DNA of 64,000 bases from an uncultured Bacteroidales bacterium (lineage in GTDB: Bacteria > Bacteroidota > Bacteroidia > Bacteroidales > F082): NCBI GenBank assembly GCA_900317055.1, contig ONFF01000001.1, forward strand, positions 108,259-172,258, written 5' to 3'. Below the pieces are notes generated by a model that worked only from the letters and a program-made list of their open reading frames with translations, had not been told where the DNA came from and did not search any database. Both the position numbers and the translations under genes were made by a program. This document shows positions 27,010 through 35,894 of this stretch, piece after piece; the first letter of the stretch is position 1, and every line of letters begins with the position of its first letter.

Positions 27010-27519
27010 ATGAAGAAATTAACATTCTTGCTCGCCACCCTGCTTATCGGTGGCATGATGTTCACGAGCTGCAAGAAAGACAATCCGCAACCAACACCCG
27101 ACACGCCTTCGACTCCTACCGAGACGACGAAGACGGTGGTTTACACAATGGATAACGTTATGAAGGATTCGAATTCATCAGCAACACTAACCGTTTCGCC
27201 TTACTTCCACTATACTTTCAAATACAAGGATGCTGATGGAACGATGGTTGAAGTGAATGATCCCACTTTGCCTTGGACAAAGGAAATCAGTGTTAAAACT
27301 CCTTTTGAAGCCAAACTGGAAGGAACAGTTACTTACAATGAGAATGAACTTCCTGAGGAAGGATTGATTATTTTTGGTACACTTGGCTCTATCAAGTCAG
27401 GAACTAGTGCAACGCCTTCTCAAAGGGCGAGTCAGTTCCATGCCAGACAACAATTCCTCGATTTTATCAGCACTCATGCTGATAGAGTGAACTATAGCTT
27501 TACCTTATCGGTTAATTAA
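27010..27519 (+). CDS. small lipoprotein, paralog 4 of 4
   Basis: MKKLTFLLATLLIGGMMFTSCKKDNPQPTPDTPSTPTETTKT with core FHYTFKYKDADGTMVEVNDPTLPWTKEISVKTPFEA. The ORF-track start at 26944 adds an implausible 22-aa extension. Confidence 0.78.
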   Translation: MKKLTFLLATLLIGGMMFTSCKKDNPQPTPDTPSTPTETTKTVVYTMDNVMKDSNSSATLTVSPYFHYTFKYKDADGTMVEVNDPTLPWTKEISVKTPFEAKLEGTVTYNENELPEEGLIIFGTLGSIKSGTSATPSQRASQFHARQQFLDFISTHADRVNYSFTLSVN

Positions 27520-27543
27520 GCATCGGTAAGTAGCTTCCTTTTT

Positions 27544-27594
27544 ATTTGCCCGACCTTCTTAAACTATATGGAGGCCGGGCAAATTGTTTTTTTT
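27544..27594 (+). terminator. rho-independent terminator after the lipoprotein array
   Basis: atttgcccgacc ... ggccgggcaaat (one mismatch) followed by ttgtttttttt. Confidence 0.65.
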
Positions 27595-27638
27595 GTAGAC
27601 AAACATCGCATTTTTTCTGAACATTGCTGCAAAAACCG

Positions 27639-27646
27639 TACTTTTG
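27639..27646 (+). promoter_or_regulatory. -7 box TACTTTTG
   Basis: Lies 6 nt before the ATG at 27652, which implies a near-leaderless transcript or use of this ATG. Confidence 0.4.
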
Positions 27647-27651
27647 CGGTC

Positions 27652-28254
27652 ATGGAGACAAAGGAACAAACCCCTATTGAAAAAGCGGAAAGTATTGAAA
27701 GCCTGTGTCTTGTGAACCATATAGACAGTGGCTTGCCGCGTTGGCTCATCGAAGCGGCTTTTGTGTGTTACCTTTTGCAGGCTGTTGTCAACTATGCCCC
27801 GCTGATGCACTGGATGGATGATGCTCACCTTTCATGGGTACGTGGCATTATTCAGACCTTTGGGGCCTTGGTGATGTATTTTGGGCTGTTGCGAGGCACA
27901 AAGCCGCTATACCGTTCATTCACGGTGTGGTGGTGGGTGGTTATTGCGTTGAATTTGGTTGGGTTTGTTACAGAGATGATTCCGTCCATCATGTATGTTG
28001 TCGGACTGCCTGTTGCCGTTTCACTGATGCTCGTTTATCTGCCCTTGGGCTGTGCCATTGCGTTCAGCTATCGCGGTCGGCTTCGGCAGGTGGGCATTTG
28101 GATGGCGCTCTATATCCTGATTTCCAGTATTATTCCTGTCGTCTCCTTCCTGCTTGTTGGCCCCGAATCGGGTTTGGCCAACCTGCCTATGGAGATTCCC
28201 ACCATTGCCGTCATTGTCATTTATGCTTGGATGCAGCGGCGGGTGTTAATCTGA
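27652..28254 (+). CDS. polytopic membrane protein, unknown function
   Basis: About 200 aa with 5-6 hydrophobic helices (FGALVMYFGLL, WWVVIALNLVGFV, VVGLPVAVSLMLVYLPLGCAIAF, IWMALYILISSIIPVVSFLLV, IPTIAVIVIYAW). I recognise no family. Confidence 0.6.
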   Translation: METKEQTPIEKAESIESLCLVNHIDSGLPRWLIEAAFVCYLLQAVVNYAPLMHWMDDAHLSWVRGIIQTFGALVMYFGLLRGTKPLYRSFTVWWWVVIALNLVGFVTEMIPSIMYVVGLPVAVSLMLVYLPLGCAIAFSYRGRLRQVGIWMALYILISSIIPVVSFLLVGPESGLANLPMEIPTIAVIVIYAWMQRRVLI

Positions 28255-28920
28255 AGTTTGTGGCGTTTCTTGATATGCGGCATTCTCCATTCCCTGCCGG
28301 TATTGCAATGGCGTGATGCCGAAGCGATGTTTCATTTCCATTTGGAAAGTGCGGCGACTGCCGAATCCTGCCTCCGTTCCAATGGCTTCGATGGTCCAGT
28401 TGGGTTTCTCATGCAGCAGCTTGCAGGCCAACAAGACGCGTTTCTCGTTGAGATAGTCGCCTAAACTGGCATATTTTGGATGGTTTTTGAACAAAGACCC
28501 TAGCCGCCGTTGCGTTAGCCCCAAGGTGTTCGCCAAAGTTTTCAAAGTGAGGTTGGTGTCGGTATAGAGTCGCATCTCATCCATCTTTTGGTCAATCCAA
28601 GCCATCAGATCATCATCGCTCATGTCGGCGGTCAGCTCTATGTTCTCGCGGTACTCGCGTGTCTGTTCCTTTAATTGAGCCACTTCATCTCCTGTCTGGC
28701 ACTTCAGTTCCTCCTCCAATTCGTTGATTCGTTTTTTCAACTCGGTTTTGTCTTTTTCCTGCCGCTTGTTTTGTTCCAACAAGGTGTTTTGGTTGTTCAC
28801 CAGCCTTGCATTTGTGGTGAATAGCTTTTTGGTGTGGCTGTTGAGCACGATCATCGTGATAATGAAGGCGATTACGAGTGCAACAATGATGGTTAGGATG
28901 AGCAATTGAGGTCCAGTCAT
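28246..28920 (-). CDS. membrane-anchored AraC-type HTH regulator
   Basis: N-terminal TM helix (LLILTIIVALVIAFIITMIVL) and a coiled coil (QEKDKTELKKRINELEEELK). The C-terminal AraC HTH pair is LKTLANTLGLTQRRLGSLFK ... WTIEAIGTEAGFGSRRTFQMEMKHRFGITPLQYR. The ATG is at 28920; the ORF-track start at 28944 is TTG. Confidence 0.8.
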   Translation of the reverse strand: MTGPQLLILTIIVALVIAFIITMIVLNSHTKKLFTTNARLVNNQNTLLEQNKRQEKDKTELKKRINELEEELKCQTGDEVAQLKEQTREYRENIELTADMSDDDLMAWIDQKMDEMRLYTDTNLTLKTLANTLGLTQRRLGSLFKNHPKYASLGDYLNEKRVLLACKLLHEKPNWTIEAIGTEAGFGSRRTFQMEMKHRFGITPLQYRQGMENAAYQETPQTSD

Positions 28921-28951
28921 AAGTCTGTTCGTTTTTAAGGTCAAGTAAACA

Positions 28952-31900
28952 TCAATTGATGGTCTGCATCTCGCGCAACAACTGCAGCGCCTGTGTCACC
29001 GTTTCCACTTCCTTGACGGTGAGTTGCAGCTTGTCGTTGACCTCCTTGAGCGCGGTGCGTTTCGGGTGGTTCATGATGTACTGCATGATCTGCATGTAGG
29101 TGCTGCTTTCATAATATTTCGAGGCCTGGTTGCTGACGAAATAGGCTGTCATGTTGTGGTGACGCAACAAAATCTTTTCAAAGCCCAAGTCCTTGGCAAT
29201 CCAGCGGAGACGCACTGTGTTGAGCAAGTCGTTGACCTGCTTGGGGATAGGTCCGAAGCGGTCGATGAGGTGGTCGGTGAATTTCATCAGGCTCTCCTCG
29301 GTCTTGGTCCGGTCGAGTTCGCTGTAGAGGCTCACGCGTTCCTGCGTCGAGTTGATGTAGTCGGCGGGGAAGCGCACCTCCATGTCGGTCTCGATGGTGC
29401 AGTCAGCGACATACGATTTTTCCTCTTCTTTGTCAAAAATATCCTGAAATTCAGTCTCTTTCAGTTCAAGGATGGCCTCATCGAGGATCTTGTGATAGGT
29501 CTCGAAGCCGATGTCGTTGATGAAACCGCTCTGTTCGGCGCCGAGAATGTTGCCTGCGCCACGGATGTCCAAGTCGCGCATGGCGATGTTGATGCCTTCG
29601 CCAAGGTCGGAGAACTCCTCCAAGGCGCGGAGACGCTTCTGGGCTTCTTGGGTTAAGGTGTTCAAAGGTGGCGTCAACAGGTAACAGAAGGCCTTCTTGT
29701 TGGAACGGCCCACGCGTCCGCGCAGTTGGTGCAGGTCGCTGAGGCCATAACGGTGTGCGTCGTTGATGATGATGGTGTTGGCGTTGGGAATGTCCAAACC
29801 CGACTCGACGATGGTGGTGCAGAGTAGCACGTCGTAGTCGCCGTTGATGAAGCCGAGCATGATGTCCTCAAGCTTCGAGCCTTCCATCTGGCCGTGGGCG
29901 ACGGCGATGCGCACGCCCGGCACATACTTCAAGATGAAGTCGTGCACATCCATGATGTTTTGGATTCGGTTGTGGATGAAGAAGACCTGACCGTTGCGGG
30001 CGAGTTCAAACTGGATGGCGTCGCGGATGAGTTCGCCGTCGAAGCCACGCAACTCGGTCTGCACGGGATAACGGTTGGGCGGTGGCGTGGTGATGACACT
30101 GAGGTCGCGGGCGCCCATCATGGAGAATTGCAGCGTTCTAGGGATAGGCGTAGCGGTTAAAGTCAGCGTGTCGACATTGGCCTTCATCTCTTTCAGTTTC
30201 TCCTTCACTGCCACGCCGAATTTCTGCTCCTCGTCGATGACGAGCAACCCCAAGTCCTTGAACTTCACATCTTTTCCTGTAAGGCGATGCGTCCCGATGA
30301 TGATGTCGATTTCGCCTTTTTCGAGGCGTTTTAGGATTTCATTCTGTTGTTTGGTGGTCTTGAAGCGGTTGAGGTATTCTATGGTGACGGGGAAGCCGTC
30401 GAAGCGTTCGGTAAAGGTATGGTAGTGTTGCAGGGCAAGTACGGTTGTCGGCACAAGCACGGCCACTTGTTTCGAGTCGCAGCAGGCCTTGAAGGCGGCA
30501 CGCATGGCGACTTCAGTCTTGCCGAAGCCGACATCGCCGCACACGAGACGGTCCATGGGGTTCTCACTCTCCATGTCGCGTTTCACATCGTTGGTGGCTT
30601 TCAGTTGGTCAGGCGTGTCCTCATAGATGAACGAAGCCTCCAGCTCGTTTTGTAGGTAGTTGTCGGGCGAGAACTTGAAGCCAGGCGTGCGTTTGCGCTC
30701 GGCGTAAAGCTTGATGAGTTCGCGCGCGATATCTTTGACCTTGCTTTTAGTCTTGTTCTTTAGGCGGTTCCATGCGCCGCTGCCGAGGGTGCTGAGTTTG
30801 GGCTCGGTGCCGTCCTTGCTGCTGTATTTGGCGATGCGGTGCAGCGAATGGATGCTCACATAGAGCAGGTCGCCGTTGTTGTATATCAGGCGGATGGCCT
30901 CTTGGGGCTTGCCGTTATTCTCGATGGTTTCGAGGCCGTCGAAGCGCCCGATGCCGTGGTCAATGTGGGTGACATAGTCGCCGGGCTTCAGCTCATAGAG
31001 GTCTTTCAGCGTGATGGCCTGCTTGGTCGAGAAGTTGTCGCGCAAGTGGAAGCGGTGGTAACGCTCAAAGATCTGGTGGTCAGTGTAGCAACACACCTTC
31101 AAGTCTTCATCGATGAAGCCGCCGTGGATGGCAATGGTCTCGGTCTCGAAGTCGCGGTGGCTTTCCTCGTTGTGGTTGATGTCGTTCAGAATCGCTTGGA
31201 TACGAGAGAGTTGCTTGCTACTTTCGGAGAACACAATGACGCGGTAGCCTTTTTCCTTGTGCTCGGCAATGTCATCGATGAGCAAGTTGAAGTTCTTGCT
31301 GAAGATAGGTTGAGGCTTCGTATGAAAATTGACAGTTGTCAGTTGGGAGTTGTCCTCGTCATCGCCCATGTCATTCCTGCTGAGGCCTGTGGGTGAGCTG
31401 GAATCTATGGGCGATGTGGGTACCAGTTTGCTAGAAACGCCAAACTCAACCGTGGGGTGCTTTATAAGATTAGATAGCAACTCATCCGATTTACTGAACA
31501 GTTGCCCCGGTTTCAAGGCCTTCACTTCCTCGTCTTGTTCCTGTATCTTCTCGAAAGCTTCCACGGCGCGGTCGTATTCCTTGTCGACCTGCGTGGCGAA
31601 GAAGGCCATGTCGGTGAGCCACACGGTGGTATTGTCGGGCAGGTATTGCAGAATGGCCTCGCGGTCTTCGATGAAGGCGCGTTCCTGCATGTTGGGCAGC
31701 AGCATGATTTGTTTCAGTTGCTCAATGGAGAGCTGGTCGGCAATGTTGAAGCTACGGATACTGTCGACCTCGTCGCCAAAGAACTCGATACGGTAGGGGT
31801 AGTCGTTGGCGAAGGAGAACACATCCACCAATCCGCCACGGATGGCAAACTGTCCCGGCTCCACCACGAAATCGACGTTCTCGAACTCGTAGTCGTAGAG

Positions 31901-32392
31901 CAAGTCGGTGAGGAAATCGAGGTTGATTTTGTCCCCCACCTTGATTTTGAAGGTGTTTTTAGCCAAGAGCTTACGCGTGAAGACCTTCTCGCTCAATGCC
32001 TCTGGATAACTGACAATCAAAGTCTTGCGTTCGGAGGTGGAGACGCGTTGCAGCACCTCGGTACGCGAGAGGATATAGGTGTTGTCGGGCTTCTCGGGCT
32101 CGTAAGGACGCTTGTAAGAGGTGGGGTAGAAGAGGACTTGCTTCTTGCTATAGTCCATACCGCGCTCGCCAAGGAGGCTCTCAAGGTCGTTGTAAAAATA
32201 GGCTGCGTCTTCTTTGTCGGCGCAGACGATGAGGTGCTGGCCGCCTATTTGCCGGAAGGTTTCCTCCACGACGAAGGCCTTCGACGAGGCCGCCAAATTG
32301 GAACAAAGCAAATGCCCTCCATCGCGCAAAGTCTTGACTATCGCGTCGATGTGGGCATCAGCTTTATAAGGTTGGTACTTTATGCTTGCCAC
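28952..32392 (-). CDS. mfd: transcription-repair coupling factor
   Basis: 1146 aa with a CarD-like domain, helicase motifs GDVGFGKTEVAMRAAF and DEEQKFGV, QLRGRVGRS and a TRCF C-terminal domain. The start is apparently GTG. Confidence 0.95.
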   Translation of the reverse strand: MASIKYQPYKADAHIDAIVKTLRDGGHLLCSNLAASSKAFVVEETFRQIGGQHLIVCADKEDAAYFYNDLESLLGERGMDYSKKQVLFYPTSYKRPYEPEKPDNTYILSRTEVLQRVSTSERKTLIVSYPEALSEKVFTRKLLAKNTFKIKVGDKINLDFLTDLLYDYEFENVDFVVEPGQFAIRGGLVDVFSFANDYPYRIEFFGDEVDSIRSFNIADQLSIEQLKQIMLLPNMQERAFIEDREAILQYLPDNTTVWLTDMAFFATQVDKEYDRAVEAFEKIQEQDEEVKALKPGQLFSKSDELLSNLIKHPTVEFGVSSKLVPTSPIDSSSPTGLSRNDMGDDEDNSQLTTVNFHTKPQPIFSKNFNLLIDDIAEHKEKGYRVIVFSESSKQLSRIQAILNDINHNEESHRDFETETIAIHGGFIDEDLKVCCYTDHQIFERYHRFHLRDNFSTKQAITLKDLYELKPGDYVTHIDHGIGRFDGLETIENNGKPQEAIRLIYNNGDLLYVSIHSLHRIAKYSSKDGTEPKLSTLGSGAWNRLKNKTKSKVKDIARELIKLYAERKRTPGFKFSPDNYLQNELEASFIYEDTPDQLKATNDVKRDMESENPMDRLVCGDVGFGKTEVAMRAAFKACCDSKQVAVLVPTTVLALQHYHTFTERFDGFPVTIEYLNRFKTTKQQNEILKRLEKGEIDIIIGTHRLTGKDVKFKDLGLLVIDEEQKFGVAVKEKLKEMKANVDTLTLTATPIPRTLQFSMMGARDLSVITTPPPNRYPVQTELRGFDGELIRDAIQFELARNGQVFFIHNRIQNIMDVHDFILKYVPGVRIAVAHGQMEGSKLEDIMLGFINGDYDVLLCTTIVESGLDIPNANTIIINDAHRYGLSDLHQLRGRVGRSNKKAFCYLLTPPLNTLTQEAQKRLRALEEFSDLGEGINIAMRDLDIRGAGNILGAEQSGFINDIGFETYHKILDEAILELKETEFQDIFDKEEEKSYVADCTIETDMEVRFPADYINSTQERVSLYSELDRTKTEESLMKFTDHLIDRFGPIPKQVNDLLNTVRLRWIAKDLGFEKILLRHHNMTAYFVSNQASKYYESSTYMQIMQYIMNHPKRTALKEVNDKLQLTVKEVETVTQALQLLREMQTIN

Positions 32393-32457
32393 AGTGTTCT
32401 AAAATTGTGGCGCAAAGATACTGAAATCTTAGGATTCGATGAAACGAGGTGAGTTAA

Positions 32458-35400
32458 TTATTCGAATGTTAGCGTAAATCGTTCTAGAGAATCTTTGGTC
32501 TTAGCCTCAAATGTGTAACTTGGCGTTTTCAAAAGGTCGACATCGTTGCCAGTGAGCTTGTCAATGAGGTGAAGGTAACCTAACTCAAGACCTTCGGTTT
32601 CGATGCTGATGGTATAATTACCGTTTTTGGCAGCCTTGAAATTGATAGGCAATTCTCTCTCTTCGTTGGCATAGGCTACGGCATAGTCTTGACCATTTTG
32701 AGGAATGTATAGTTTTCCATTTTGGCCACTTAAATTGTATTTTATGAGTCGGTCTTTCTCGTTAAAGCTGATTCTTGCTTGGTCAATGATGGCATTACCA
32801 CTTGTGTCGGCTTTGGTAATTACGATGGCGATATTAGGCCTGTTTTTCGAGGCGTTCTTGTTGAAGGTTACGCTTTCACCTGTGCCTTGTGCTTGTACCA
32901 AGATGGCTGAGAAGGGTGGGATGGGGTTGCTGCCCAAGATGAAATCAGTACCATCTTCATTCAAGACATAGAAACTTCTGTCAATGTATGTGTTGCAGGG
33001 ATAAGGATTGCCAATCAGGTTAAAGCCCTTGAAAGCGGCATTGTTGTCATAGTTCAAAGTGGTGGCTGTAGTGTTGGCGACTAATGTTCCTTCAAGCGAA
33101 AGCGTTTGGTCGTTGCTGTTGGCGTAGAGATAACCAGTTTTATTGTCGATGGTGTTGAATGCGCCATCTTTGATGTTCCTCCATTCCAATTCTTCACTTA
33201 GGTCGAAGGAATAAAGGTCATAATTATTGGCAAGCAAACCGTTGTTAACTGTTGGAGTAACGCTCTCAATAGGTGAGGCGAGGAGATGCCAACCGCCGTT
33301 TTGGGTATAAGCGGTGATGTTCTTCTTCACTGTAGCTTGTACATCAGTAGAGCTATTGATGAGTTGTGCGCCATTCTCTAGGATGAGATTGTCAGTGTTC
33401 ACATCGCTTAGGGTGCCGCTCACGGTGAGCGTACTGTTTTCTGTGACGGTCATCTTGTCGTTTTCGCTAAGTCCCAAAGTAGCAAGGTTGACATTGCCTT
33501 TGGCAAAGCCAATCTTATTGGAGGCTTCTGTTTCACCGCCATAGTAGTTGGTCTTCACGCAGAACAGGTTGGCGGCGTCGTTGTTCAAATCAACATTGTA
33601 AGTCGTTCCGTCGAGTTCTTGTGCGATTACTGTCCCATCCTGGTAGAGATTATAGGTGTAGGTGCCGTCGGTAAGGTAAGTACGGATGAGGAAGGCTCTA
33701 TTATTTTCAAGTACATAGCCTGGAATCAAATTGAGACCACTAAAACTATAATATTTCGCCTTATATCCTCCATGATTGTTGTTATCTGGATTATTGCTAA
33801 AAGTAGCAGAAAGTCTTCCATTACTACCATTTTGTGGGTCATACATAACAACCCAGATGTCATCTTGGCCATCAACGGTTACAAGTTCATCTAAGTCTAT
33901 ATCTATCCATTCAGATGTACTTGTTACCTCTATGGTTTTGCTTGTCATCAATGTTGAGGGCCAGAAGATATTGTCACCATTGGAAGATGTCTCTGTGGCA
34001 CCTTTGTAGATATAGCAAGTGTAAGAACCTGTTTCATAAGCATAAATAGAGATTTTATAAATGGCTTTGTTGGCATATTGCGATAAATTGTCTGAGAGAT
34101 ACCTGTGTGCCCAATATCGGGTTGAGTTTATCCCATTTAGATTTTCGTTCCCATATGTCAAAGTTGCTGATGGTGTTTCCGGATAGCACCATTCTGGGGC
34201 GGTCCATGTAAGGTTGGCATTATTACCCGAAAGGGTGGCGGTGAGGTCGGTGACGATAGGCGTTTGGTAAGCTATTGTCACGGTAATGGTGTTGGAAGAC
34301 AAGGATAATTGGCTGTTGGCATCAACGCAACGGACATAATAACTGAGTTCACCGAAAGGTGCAGCCTCTGAATAGGTCGTTTCAGTTGTATTACCAACGA
34401 GATTGCCGTTGCGATAGACATTGTAACTCGAGGCAGCGTTTACTGCATCCCAAGTCAGGGTGATGTTATTCAAGCCGCTGAGGGTATAGGTGAGATTGGT
34501 CGGGGCAGGAACCATAGAGCCTGGTTCAATGCCGAAGACGGCATTTTGGTTACGGGTATAGACACCATTGCCCGCGCCAGCTTGTCCATTGTTGGCACCA
34601 GTATCCAAATTGTTGAGAGAGAAATAACCATTGTAACTTCCTGCCCAGCCCCAGTTGAAATGGAAATAATCATCGCTGTTGTAACCATCGCAAACGAAGG
34701 CATGACCACTGTCGCCATTGGGGTCTTGGCCACCATATTGCAATGGCCGACCGGCATCTAAATCTGCTTTAAGCATTGCAATCCATTCGTCATCTGTATA
34801 ATAAATGGTAGAATAGTATGATTTCTGTTTGTATTGTGCTGTGTTTTTATAATTGAAATAATTCTTCAATGCATTGGCAACATAAGCGTTTGGCGCCGCA
34901 CTGCCTCCAGTGCTGTTGCCTCCATAATTCATGTCAACCGACACGCCGCAGTGGTACATCAGTGTGGCCACGGCTGCAATTTCTTCTGCTGAAGGTTCAG
35001 GAAGCGAATTGGGATATTGGTCTGTTCCATTTGCAAAATAATACTCATAATAATCTGCCATATTATTCCAATCGTACGTGGTAGCACCAAAGTCGGCATT
35101 CAAGGTTTGTCCATTCCAAGTGTAGGAATGAGAGCCAATACCAGTTGAAGGATAGCTCCAATATTTCATGATTTGTGCCATGGCTGTGGCTACGCAACCA
35201 GTGTATGCGTGTCCATTAGGGCCATCAGATACAGCGGGGCAAAGGTCGTTGTAGTACTTGTTTTGGTTCCACTTGGTTTGAATCAACGGAGCAACCGTCA
35301 TGGTCGCCTTTCCAGCTTTGGAGTTGCCCTCGGCCAGGTCTTTCCACATTTTTGCGATTTCGTTTGTGGCTCTCGTTCTGTTGTCGATGGCAGATTGGAT

Positions 35401-35721
35401 TTCATCGCTGTAGCCTTGCAGCCACCATCTGAGGTTTTCGGGCATATCTTTGGTTTCAAACTTATCAGTCAGAGAATAGCCCAAGATAGGCTGCACACGG
35501 TCGTCTGCTGCCATCACAACGAAGCCTGGATTGGCGTTAAAAATGTAAAGATTTGGAAAGCCAGATTCATTGGATAGGTCGGTCAGTTGGTTGGACTTTG
35601 CACCATTGTTATTCAAAAAAGTGGTGGCTACTTTTTGGGCAGTTTCCAAAGTCACACGCTCGGCAAACGAGGGCATGGCTACCATCAGCACTAATGCCAA
35701 AATCAATGTAAATCTTTTCAT
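32458..35721 (-). CDS. C10-family (streptopain/PrtT-like) cysteine peptidase with long C-terminal extension
   Basis: Signal peptide MKRFTLILALVLMVAMPSFA and an Spi-type prodomain (LYIFNANPGFVVMAADDRVQPILGYS). The catalytic Cys context is YTGCVATAMAQIMKYW and the His context is GHAFVCDGY. Downstream are an FN3-like module (YNVYRNGNLVGN) and a beta-sandwich module shared with the giant protein. Confidence 0.88.
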   Translation of the reverse strand: MKRFTLILALVLMVAMPSFAERVTLETAQKVATTFLNNNGAKSNQLTDLSNESGFPNLYIFNANPGFVVMAADDRVQPILGYSLTDKFETKDMPENLRWWLQGYSDEIQSAIDNRTRATNEIAKMWKDLAEGNSKAGKATMTVAPLIQTKWNQNKYYNDLCPAVSDGPNGHAYTGCVATAMAQIMKYWSYPSTGIGSHSYTWNGQTLNADFGATTYDWNNMADYYEYYFANGTDQYPNSLPEPSAEEIAAVATLMYHCGVSVDMNYGGNSTGGSAAPNAYVANALKNYFNYKNTAQYKQKSYYSTIYYTDDEWIAMLKADLDAGRPLQYGGQDPNGDSGHAFVCDGYNSDDYFHFNWGWAGSYNGYFSLNNLDTGANNGQAGAGNGVYTRNQNAVFGIEPGSMVPAPTNLTYTLSGLNNITLTWDAVNAASSYNVYRNGNLVGNTTETTYSEAAPFGELSYYVRCVDANSQLSLSSNTITVTIAYQTPIVTDLTATLSGNNANLTWTAPEWCYPETPSATLTYGNENLNGINSTRYWAHRYLSDNLSQYANKAIYKISIYAYETGSYTCYIYKGATETSSNGDNIFWPSTLMTSKTIEVTSTSEWIDIDLDELVTVDGQDDIWVVMYDPQNGSNGRLSATFSNNPDNNNHGGYKAKYYSFSGLNLIPGYVLENNRAFLIRTYLTDGTYTYNLYQDGTVIAQELDGTTYNVDLNNDAANLFCVKTNYYGGETEASNKIGFAKGNVNLATLGLSENDKMTVTENSTLTVSGTLSDVNTDNLILENGAQLINSSTDVQATVKKNITAYTQNGGWHLLASPIESVTPTVNNGLLANNYDLYSFDLSEELEWRNIKDGAFNTIDNKTGYLYANSNDQTLSLEGTLVANTTATTLNYDNNAAFKGFNLIGNPYPCNTYIDRSFYVLNEDGTDFILGSNPIPPFSAILVQAQGTGESVTFNKNASKNRPNIAIVITKADTSGNAIIDQARISFNEKDRLIKYNLSGQNGKLYIPQNGQDYAVAYANEERELPINFKAAKNGNYTISIETEGLELGYLHLIDKLTGNDVDLLKTPSYTFEAKTKDSLERFTLTFE

Positions 35722-35757
35722 ATTGCTATGTTATTTTGATATTTCGTTTAAAGGCTA

Positions 35758-35765
35758 CAAAAATA
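35758..35765 (-). promoter_or_regulatory. -7 box (TATTTTTG on minus strand) for the C10 peptidase gene
   Basis: caaaaata lies 37 nt upstream of the ATG at 35721. Confidence 0.5.
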
Positions 35766-35828
35766 CAATTGTTTATAGCCAAAAACAAAGATAACTATTC
35801 TTTTTTGACCTAATTGGGCATAAAATTC

Positions 35829-35862
35829 AATGACCGCCTCAAGGTAAGTTAAGGCGGTCATT
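35829..35862 (-). terminator. hairpin downstream of the OPT gene
   Basis: aatgaccgcc ... ggcggtcatt, a 10-bp perfect stem with a 14-nt loop, 33 nt after the OPT stop. Confidence 0.55.
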
Positions 35863-35894
35863 GTTACAGCAATAGGCGTTTTCAGAAAGGAATA

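Noticed and set aside
27834-28316. 160-aa alternate-frame ORF overlapping the 27652-28254 membrane protein gene.
   Set aside because: Its translation is Cys/His/Arg-rich with no helices. The other frame gives regular TM segments and follows a -7 box.
29024-32452. Multiple 100-316-aa plus-strand ORFs overlapping mfd.
   Set aside because: They are antisense to a full-length Mfd with all helicase motifs, and none has recognisable motifs.
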